Assembly (NCBI GenBank): GCA_026392455.1
Contig: JAPLCB010000011.1
Location: 355,664 to 419,663, forward strand
DNA length: 64,000 bases
Reading direction: 5' to 3'
Source: Propionibacteriales bacterium
GTDB taxonomy: Bacteria; Actinomycetota; Actinomycetes; Propionibacteriales; Nocardioidaceae
Shown here: positions 57,875-64,000 of the stretch, in pieces
Position numbering within the stretch: position 1 is the stretch's first letter
Layout of the letters: every line of letters begins with the position of its first letter
Notes under the pieces: generated by a model
Databases searched by the model: none
The model's input: the letters and a program-made list of their open reading frames with translations, nothing else
Told to the model about the DNA's origin: nothing
Translations under genes and position numbers: made by a program

Positions 57875-59160
57875 ACCCCCTCCACCCGGGTCACGGCGTC
57901 GACGGCCTCGGGGTCCAGGGCGAAGAGCTCGGCCAGCGCGGCGGCGTAGGAGACCGCACCGGTCTCGTTCGCCAGCTCCTTGACCCGGACGGTCGGCTGG
58001 TGGAGCAGCTTGTCGGCGACCCGGCGAACAGCGAGCTCGATCTCGGCGCGGGACGCGTCGTCGAGGTTCGGGAGCCGACCCGCGAGGCGCTGGAGCTCGG
58101 TCTCGACGACCCCGGTCGCCATCGTGCGCAGGGCGACGACGGTCGGCGTCACCGCTGCAGCGTGCCGGGCTGCCAGGAAGGCCTGCAGCTCCTGGCCGAC
58201 GATCCGGCGTACCTCGGCGACCTCGAGACGTTCCCCGGAGTTCTCCAGGTCGGTCGCGAGACTGGCCAGGTCGATGAGGTGCACGCCGGGCTCCTCGCCC
58301 ACCGCAGGATCGACGTCCCGGGGCAGCGCCAGGTCGATGATCGCCACCGGACCCTGGTCGGACCGGGCGGCCCGGAAGCGCTCGACGTCGAGCTGGACGC
58401 CGACCGAGTCGGTGCAGGTGATCACGATGTCGGCCTCGGCGACCTCGGCCGGGACGTCGGCGAGACCGACCGCGCGGCCGCCGTACTGGTCGGCCAGGCG
58501 CTGGGCACGGACCGAGGTCCGGTTGGCCACCACGATCGAGGATGCGGTGCCGCGGGAGAGGGTCGCCGTGGCCAGGCCGGCCATCGCACCGGCACCGACG
58601 ACGACGGCCTTGAGGTCCTGGGTGCGGCCCAGGTGCGCCGTCGCGCGGTCCAGGGCGGCGGTCACCAGGGAGGCACCGGCCCGGTCGATGTCGGTCTCCG
58701 CGTGCGACCGCTTCCCGACACGCAGTGCCTGCTGGAAGAGCGAGTTCAGGGCCGGGCCGACGGTGCCGGACTCCTGGCCGAGTCGCAACGCCTCGCGGGC
58801 CTGCCCGAGGATCTGGCTCTCGCCGACGACCATCGAGTCGAGGCCCGACGCCACGTGGAACAAGTGCGAGACGGCACCGTCGTCGTAGTGCACGTAGAGG
58901 TGGGGGACGTACTCCTCGGGAAGGCCACCGGCGCTCTCGAGCATCAGCCGGGAGATCGCCTCGACGCTGCCGTGGAACCGGTCGACCTCGGCGTACACCT
59001 CGATCCGGTTGCACGTCGAGAGCACGGTGGCCTCGGCCACGTGCTCGTTGTCGGCGACGTCGCGGATGAGCTTGGCCGTGCCCTCGGAGTCCCGGGCGAC
59101 CTTCTCCAGGATCGAGACCGGCGCGGAGTTGTGGGAGACCCCGACCACCAGGACGCTCAT
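57871..59160 (-). CDS. hemA: glutamyl-tRNA reductase
   Basis: ORF 57871..59160. [25 protein letters not shown] and GAGAMAGLA motifs. Confidence 0.96.
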   Translation of the reverse strand: MSVLVVGVSHNSAPVSILEKVARDSEGTAKLIRDVADNEHVAEATVLSTCNRIEVYAEVDRFHGSVEAISRLMLESAGGLPEEYVPHLYVHYDDGAVSHLFHVASGLDSMVVGESQILGQAREALRLGQESGTVGPALNSLFQQALRVGKRSHAETDIDRAGASLVTAALDRATAHLGRTQDLKAVVVGAGAMAGLATATLSRGTASSIVVANRTSVRAQRLADQYGGRAVGLADVPAEVAEADIVITCTDSVGVQLDVERFRAARSDQGPVAIIDLALPRDVDPAVGEEPGVHLIDLASLATDLENSGERLEVAEVRRIVGQELQAFLAARHAAAVTPTVVALRTMATGVVETELQRLAGRLPNLDDASRAEIELAVRRVADKLLHQPTVRVKELANETGAVSYAAALAELFALDPEAVDAVTRVEGV

Positions 59161-59179
59161 GAGCGGACTCGCTTGTCGC

Positions 59180-59842
59180 TCATGCGACCACCTCGGCGTC
59201 CCCGGGACGAGCAGCAGACTTGCGCTGCTCGTGGTAGGCCAGGATCTGCAGCTCGCTGGAGAGGTCGACCATCCGGACGTCGACGCCTTCGGGGACCGAG
59301 AGGACCGCTGGGGCGAAGTTCAGGATGCTGCGGATCCCTGCCGAGACCATCTGGTCGGCGACCGACTGGGCCGAGGCCGCGGGCGTCGCGATCACACCGA
59401 TGGCGACGCCGTGTTCGCGGACGATCGCGTTCAGCTCGCCGAAGCTGCGGATCTTCATCCCGGCGACCAGGTCGCCGTGCCGACGGTTGTCGGCGTCCAG
59501 CAGGGCCACCGTCCGGAAACCCCGCGACGAGAAGCCGGAGTAGTTGGCGAGCGCGTGGCCCAGGTTGCCGATCCCGACGATCACGACGGGCCAGTCCTGG
59601 GTCAGGCCGATCTCGCGGGAGATCTGGTAGCGCAGGTACTCCACGTCGTACCCGACGCCGCGGGTGCCGTAGGAGCCGAGGTGGGAGAGATCCTTGCGGA
59701 GCTTGGCGCTGTTCACCCCGGCCGCCGTCGCCAGCTCCTCCGAGGAACAGGTCGCGATGTCGGCGTCGAGCAGCGAATTGAGTGCCCGCAGGTACACCGG
59801 CAGGCGCGCCACGGTCGCCTCAGGGATACGTGTAGGGCTCAC
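59180..59842 (-). CDS. rex: redox-sensing transcriptional repressor Rex
   Basis: ORF 59180..59848. IPEATVARLPVYLRAL, SSEELA..AGVNSAKLRKDLSHLGSYGTRGVGY and the VVIVGIGNLGHALA Rossmann motif. GTG 59842 preferred (GGAGAG 6 nt upstream). Confidence 0.93.
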   Translation of the reverse strand: MSPTRIPEATVARLPVYLRALNSLLDADIATCSSEELATAAGVNSAKLRKDLSHLGSYGTRGVGYDVEYLRYQISREIGLTQDWPVVIVGIGNLGHALANYSGFSSRGFRTVALLDADNRRHGDLVAGMKIRSFGELNAIVREHGVAIGVIATPAASAQSVADQMVSAGIRSILNFAPAVLSVPEGVDVRMVDLSSELQILAYHEQRKSAARPGDAEVVA

Positions 59843-59907
59843 GGTCAACTCTCCAGCAACGCACTCCGGGCTCGGTAAGGGAGCCTGACTTCAGAGCGGT
59901 TAGCCCA

Positions 59908-59939
59908 TTCACAATAAGAGTTTGTGAACGTGGGAACAA
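59908..59939. promoter_or_regulatory. cluster of Rex-type half-sites upstream of rex (TTCACAA 59908-14, TTGTGAA 59922-28, GGAACAA 59933-39)
   Basis: TTGTGAAcgtgGGAACAA resembles TTGTGAA-N4-TTCACAA (first half perfect, second half 4/7). An additional everted TTCACAA-N7-TTGTGAA is present. Low-GC patch 66-97 nt upstream of the rex start. Confidence 0.5.
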
Positions 59940-59994
59940 ACTGAAGAGGCCCCGGGCTAGCACAGATGAGACTTTCACCACCTGCCGGGGGGCC

Positions 59995-60237
59995 TCAACG
60001 GGTCAGGGCGGAGCGCAACCGGGCCTCGTCGACCCGCCAGAAATCGTGCTGCGCACCGTCGACGAAGGTCACCGGGATCTGCTCGCCGTACGCCTTCAGG
60101 AGCGCCGGGTCGCTGCTGATGTCGACCTCGTCGTACGCGGTGCCGACCTCGGCGCAGACCCGCTGGACCACCGCACGGGCGTCGTCGCAGAGGTGGCAGC
60201 CCGGTTTGCTGTAGAGCCGAACCCGGGCCGCGGTCAC
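59995..60237 (-). CDS. glutaredoxin-like protein (DUF836 type)
   Basis: In-frame tail of ORF 59995..60633 from GTG 60237: VTAARVRLYSKPGCHLCDDA (CxxC). GTGA overlap with the upstream ligase gene. Confidence 0.85.
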   Translation of the reverse strand: MTAARVRLYSKPGCHLCDDARAVVQRVCAEVGTAYDEVDISSDPALLKAYGEQIPVTFVDGAQHDFWRVDEARLRSALTR

Positions 60238-61811
60238 TCGAGCAGCCCCAGGGCCCGCCGGCGCTCGGTGGCCCGGAGCCGACCCTTCTGGACCTTGCCG
60301 GTGCCGGTGTACGGCAGCGCCGGGACGACGTGGATCACCGTGGGCCGCTTGAAGCCGGCCAACCGGGTCTCGCAGTGCGCCCGGACCTGGGCGACCAGCT
60401 CGTCCTCCTCGATCTCCTGGGCGGGCTTGACGTACGCGACCACGACCTCGCCGGTCATCGGGTCGTCGGCGCCGATCACGGCTACCTCGGCGACCGCGGC
60501 GAGCTCGGCGATGACGTCCTCGACCTCGCTGGGGTAGACGTTGAACCCCGAGACGATCACCAGCTCCTTGAGGCGGTCCACCAGGAAGAGGTCGCCGGCC
60601 TCGGTCAGGTAGCCGACGTCGCCGGTCGGCCACCAGCCCTCGGGATCCGGCCCGTCCGCACCGTCGGGCCAGTAGCCGGAGAAGAGGTTCTCACCCTTGA
60701 TCCAGATCTCGCCGCTGTCGCCGTCCTCGGGGGCAGCGCCGCGTTCGTCGACGAGGCGGACCTGGATCCCGGGCAGCGGCGCCCCGACCGAGCGCGGGTC
60801 GGTGCTCGCGCTGCACTGGGTCGACGTCACGACCGGAGCCGCTTCGGTGAGCCCGTACCCCTGGTGGATCCGCAGACCGGTACGAGCGGTGAAGGCCTCG
60901 GTCAGCTCGGGCGCCAACGGCGCCGAGCCGGACAGGATCGTCCGGACCGGTCCGAGCCGCTCCTCGAGACCGGGCACCTGCATCCAGTAGGCAAAGACCG
61001 GCGGCGCCACCGGCAGCACCGAGATCGCCTCGTCCTCGATGATGTCGAGCGAGCCCTCCGGGTCGAAGCCGTCGACCAGCACCATCCGGGCGTGCTGCCG
61101 CAGTACCTGGCCGAGCACGGCGTTCAGACCGTAGACGTGGAAGAGCGGCAGAACCCCGAGCACGACGTCGCGACCGTTGATCATCGGCGGGACCACCTCG
61201 GCGGCCTGGGCGATGTTCGCGGCGAGGGCACGGTGGCTCAGCATCGCGGCGCGCGGCCTGCCCGACGTGCCGCTGGTGTAGAGCAGGACCGCGAGCGACT
61301 CCGGGTCGGTGGTGCCCGGCACCGGCGCACCGGTCTCCATCACCAGGTGGTCCCAGGACCGTTCGCCGGGTTCCAGGGTGGTCGCGATCGTGACCAGACG
61401 GGGCTTGGGCGTCGAGGTCTCGGCAGCGGCGAGCGCCTCGCCGACCCCGGCCACGGCACTGCGCACGGTACCGATGGTGGTGCTGTCGGCGATCACCATC
61501 CGGGCCCCGGAATCGACCAGCATCCGGACGACCTCGCCGGTGGCGCTGCGCGGGTTGATCGGCACCGCCACCATCCGCGCCCGCAGCACGCCGAGGTAGG
61601 TGGCCACGAACTCGATCCTGTTGGTCGTCGCGATCATGACGCGGTAGCCGGCGACCATGCCGGCCACGGACAGGCCGTGGGCCACCCGGTCCGCGAGATC
61701 GTCCAGCCCTGCCCAGGTAACGGTCCGGCCCGTTGCTGCCTCGGAAAGCGCGATCTTCGTCGGCTCAGCGCGAGTGGCGGCGGACAGGAGATCGGCGACG
61801 ATGGTCTCCAT
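60234..61811 (-). CDS. AMP-dependent acyl-CoA synthetase (long-chain fatty-acid-CoA ligase-like)
   Basis: In-frame part of ORF 60234..63401 from ATG 61811: METIVADLL...LLYTSGTSGRPRAAMLSH...GYGLTEA...TGDVGY...VDRLKELVIVSGFNVYP...GKVQKG. Confidence 0.9.
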   Translation of the reverse strand: METIVADLLSAATRAEPTKIALSEAATGRTVTWAGLDDLADRVAHGLSVAGMVAGYRVMIATTNRIEFVATYLGVLRARMVAVPINPRSATGEVVRMLVDSGARMVIADSTTIGTVRSAVAGVGEALAAAETSTPKPRLVTIATTLEPGERSWDHLVMETGAPVPGTTDPESLAVLLYTSGTSGRPRAAMLSHRALAANIAQAAEVVPPMINGRDVVLGVLPLFHVYGLNAVLGQVLRQHARMVLVDGFDPEGSLDIIEDEAISVLPVAPPVFAYWMQVPGLEERLGPVRTILSGSAPLAPELTEAFTARTGLRIHQGYGLTEAAPVVTSTQCSASTDPRSVGAPLPGIQVRLVDERGAAPEDGDSGEIWIKGENLFSGYWPDGADGPDPEGWWPTGDVGYLTEAGDLFLVDRLKELVIVSGFNVYPSEVEDVIAELAAVAEVAVIGADDPMTGEVVVAYVKPAQEIEEDELVAQVRAHCETRLAGFKRPTVIHVVPALPYTGTGKVQKGRLRATERRRALGLLE

Positions 61812-61844
61812 CCGGGGAGTCTGACATAAGTGCGCCGCTGCGTG

Positions 61845-61995
61845 CGTCGAGCGGGCGCAGATGTCTCGCACGAGCGCGCCGAGCGGGCGCAGATGTCCCA
61901 GCGCCCTGGGACATCTGCGCCCGGTCGACGTTCGGACGCGGGACATCTGCGCCCGGTCGACGTTCTGGAGCGGGACAGCCGCGCCCGGTCGACGA
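61845..61995. repeat. second copy of the 32-bp-period inverted repeat array (F1 61845-61867, F2 61877-61899, R1 61908-61932, R2 61940-61964, degenerate R3 61972-61995)
   Basis: Same GGGCGCAGATGTC[T/C]C core and its complement GGGACATCTGCGCCCGGTCGACGTT as at 40003-40122. Lies in the divergent region between the acyl-CoA ligase and HAD genes. Confidence 0.95.
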
Positions 61996-62012
61996 GCGCC
62001 TAGGCTGAGGGG

Positions 62013-62891
62013 GTGGCAGCCAAACGTGCGACCCCCGTGAACCTCAAGCGGCGCTCCCGCCTGGCCGGTGAGGCCGCCGCCGCCATCGCCGAGGTCGAGA
62101 ACAGCCTGTCGGTGGACCCCGACGAGACCGGCGCGGCCTTCTTCGACGTCGACAACACCGTGATGCAGGGCGCCTCCATCTTCCACCTCGCCAAGGGGCT
62201 GCACCGGCGCAAGTTCTTCACCACCCGCGACATCGCCGGGGCCGCCTGGAAGCAGGCCTACTTCCGGATCGTCGGTGTCGAGGATCCCGAGCACGTGGCC
62301 GAGGCGCGATCCGCGGCGCTGGCGTTCATCGCTGGGCACACCACGACCGAGCTCGAGCAGCTCGGCGAGGAGATCTTCGACGAGGCGATGGCGCACCGGA
62401 TCTGGCCGGGGACCCGGGCGCTCGCCCAGCTGCACCTGGACCAGGGGCAACGGGTCTGGCTGGTCACTGCTGCCCCGATCGAGATCGCCAGCATCATCGC
62501 CCGGCGCCTCGGGCTCACCGGCGCGATGGGCACCGTGGCCGAGCACATCAACGGTGTCTACACCGGCCGGCTGGTCGGCGAGATGCTGCACGGTCCCGCC
62601 AAGGGCGAGGCGATCCTGGCCCTGGCCGCACGCGAGGGCCTGGACCTGTCCCAGTGCTCGGCCTACTCGGACTCGTACAACGACGTGACCATGCTGTCGC
62701 TGGTCGGCGACCCGTGTGCGATCAACCCGGACGCCAAGCTGCGCGCGCACGCCCGCGCCCAGGGCTGGAGGATCCGCGACTACCGGACCGGGCGCAAGGC
62801 GGCCCGCCTGGGCGTGTTCACGGCTGCGGTGGCCGGTGCCGCGGTCGGCAGCGTCGCAGCCGGTACGGCGATCCGTCGCCGGCTGACCTGA
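62013..62891 (+). CDS. HAD-IB family hydrolase (SerB-like phosphatase)
   Basis: ORF 62013..62891. FFDVDNTV motif I, VTAAP motif II, AYSDSYNDVTML motif IV, and a C-terminal hydrophobic tail. Confidence 0.85.
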   Translation: MAAKRATPVNLKRRSRLAGEAAAAIAEVENSLSVDPDETGAAFFDVDNTVMQGASIFHLAKGLHRRKFFTTRDIAGAAWKQAYFRIVGVEDPEHVAEARSAALAFIAGHTTTELEQLGEEIFDEAMAHRIWPGTRALAQLHLDQGQRVWLVTAAPIEIASIIARRLGLTGAMGTVAEHINGVYTGRLVGEMLHGPAKGEAILALAAREGLDLSQCSAYSDSYNDVTMLSLVGDPCAINPDAKLRAHARAQGWRIRDYRTGRKAARLGVFTAAVAGAAVGSVAAGTAIRRRLT

Positions 62892-63060
62892 CCCGGCAGC
62901 ACCGAGTCCGATCTGAGCGATTCCTCCGGAATTCAGGAACTGGTCTGGACAGTAGTGGTCGGGATAGGGCGAATTGTCGAAGTTCGTTCCCAAAGAACCG
63001 GCACCGCCCCTATCCTGAGCAGGTGAACCTGGCGGGGGGCCGGGGAGGGAGAATTTGTTC

Positions 63061-63903
63061 ATGGGCGTGAGCCGGGAGTCTGCGCGCGGTCTTGCTGCGC
63101 TGCGACGCGCCGTGACCGAGATGGCGACGACGCCGTCGCTGCTCAGCGCCGGTGCGCCCTCGTTCTCCTGGATGTACGACGACCGGATCCTGATGGCCAG
63201 CCCGATGGCCGCCGTCGGCGCCCGCCGTCGACACGGCGCCGGTAGCGGCAGCCACGGCAACCTGACGCCCGTACCCGCACCCGACGGGTCTGCGCCCGCT
63301 CCGGACCACGGTGACGGCGAGCTCGCCACGTCGTCGGCCGAGGACGAGGCCGTCGGTACTCGGCTGATCGCCCTGGTGGAGCTGGCCCGCAACGGCGACA
63401 AAGAGGCTTTCGGACAGCTCTACGACCACTACCAGCCCTCGGTCTACCGCTTCCTCTACTACCGCGTCGGGTCGATGACCCTGGCCGAGGACCTGACCGC
63501 GGAGACGTTCTTCCGCGCGCTGCGGAGCATGCACTCGTTCCGGTGGCAGGGCAAGGATTTCGGTGCCTGGTTGATGACCATCGCGCGCAACCTGACCGCC
63601 GACCACTTCAAGGCCGGTCGGACCAGGCTCGAGCAGACCACCGAGGACATGCAGACCTTGGACTCGACGTCGGAGTCCCCGGAGGTCGAGGTCCTCTCCT
63701 CACTGACCAACGAAGCCCTGCTGCGGGCCCTGGGCGAGCTGCCCAGCGAGCAGCGCGAGTGCCTGATCATGCGCTTCCTGCAGGGCCTCTCGATCGCGGA
63801 GACCGCCGAGATCCTGGGACGCTCCAGCGGCGCGGTGAAGCAGCTCCAGCTCCGGGGAGTCCGAAACCTGTCGAAACTGATCCCGGCGGGAGAGCGCGAA
63901 TGA
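63061..63903 (+). CDS. ECF sigma-70 family factor with a roughly 95-aa N-terminal extension (BldN-like position)
   Basis: ORF 63055..63903. ATG 63061 has a GGAGGGAG RBS 9 nt upstream. Region 2 is FGQLYDHYQPSVYRFLYYRVGS...AEDLTAETF; region 4 is LPSEQRECLIMRFLQGLSIAETAEILGRSSGAVKQLQLRG. Confidence 0.85.
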   Translation: MGVSRESARGLAALRRAVTEMATTPSLLSAGAPSFSWMYDDRILMASPMAAVGARRRHGAGSGSHGNLTPVPAPDGSAPAPDHGDGELATSSAEDEAVGTRLIALVELARNGDKEAFGQLYDHYQPSVYRFLYYRVGSMTLAEDLTAETFFRALRSMHSFRWQGKDFGAWLMTIARNLTADHFKAGRTRLEQTTEDMQTLDSTSESPEVEVLSSLTNEALLRALGELPSEQRECLIMRFLQGLSIAETAEILGRSSGAVKQLQLRGVRNLSKLIPAGERE

Positions 63904-64000
63904 ACCGTCTCCCGAAGTCGTCGATGCGTTCTGCGTCACGCATAACCACTTGCGCCGTCTCCTCGTTGAACAGCGAGAACGAGCAATCGGTTTATCCCGC
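63900..64000 (+). CDS. 5' end of a downstream ORF coupled to the sigma gene (possible anti-sigma factor), truncated by the window end
   Basis: ATG 63900 overlaps the sigma stop codon (ATGA). The frame MNRLPKSSMRSASRITTCAVSSLNSENEQSVYP stays open to the window end. Too short for any family call. Confidence 0.35.
   Translation, partial: MNRLPKSSMRSASRITTCAVSSLNSENEQSVYP

Noticed and set aside
59946-59993. Possible hairpin GAGGCCCCGG...CCGGGGGGCCTC downstream of the glutaredoxin-like gene, considered as a terminator
   Set aside because: The stem needs a 2-nt bulge and encloses a roughly 30-nt loop. This is too weak to call without 3'-end data.
60234-63401. 1055-aa minus-strand ORF suggesting a giant fusion protein
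   Set aside because: Only the last 525 codons (from ATG 61811) encode the acyl-CoA ligase. The upstream part reads through the repeat array and antisense to the HAD and sigma genes.

Overview
High-GC (about 70%) actinobacterial chromosome; the gene order looks Nocardioides/Propionibacteriales-like, but the taxon cannot be proven from this window. Most of it is a conserved respiratory and cofactor neighbourhood. It holds 2-oxoglutarate:ferredoxin oxidoreductase korAB, the complete 14-gene complex I operon nuoA-N (minus strand, most junctions coupled by overlapping stop/start codons), and menaquinone genes (menG, menF, menD, menC, menE, menA, a polyprenyl synthase). It also holds System II cytochrome c biogenesis (resA-like, ccdA, resB, ccsB), haem biosynthesis (hemL, hemB, cobA-hemD, hemC, hemA) and the redox sensor rex. 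Candidate Rex operators sit in front of nuoA and rex. I found no tRNA, rRNA, CRISPR array, transposase or integrase. One accessory-looking island lies at about 5.2-13.8 kb. It contains an ECF sigma factor fused to a zinc-binding (ZAS, HxxxCxxC) anti-sigma domain, a translationally coupled DUF5819/SdpA-like + HTTM/SdpB-like + lipoprotein + membrane-protein operon, a large LPXTG surface protein with Thr-Thr-Gly-Thr/Asn arrays encoded by near-perfect 12-nt repeats, and an AraC regulator. The most unusual non-coding signal is a 32-bp-period inverted repeat array built on GGGACATCTGCGCCCGGTCGACGT. It occurs at two distant intergenic loci (about 40.0 kb and 61.9 kb). Other non-coding signals are a 98-bp tandem repeat after korB with a compensatory change in a predicted hairpin, a 32-codon mini-ORF bracketed by ATGA overlaps between nuoL and nuoM, and a long structured leader before a lytic transglycosylase that partly resembles a c-di-AMP (ydaO) riboswitch. 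Many long ORFs in the supplied track are antisense or off-frame shadows typical of high-GC DNA and were not called. Where the track over-extends an ORF, starts were re-set by hand from RBS context and stop/start overlaps.
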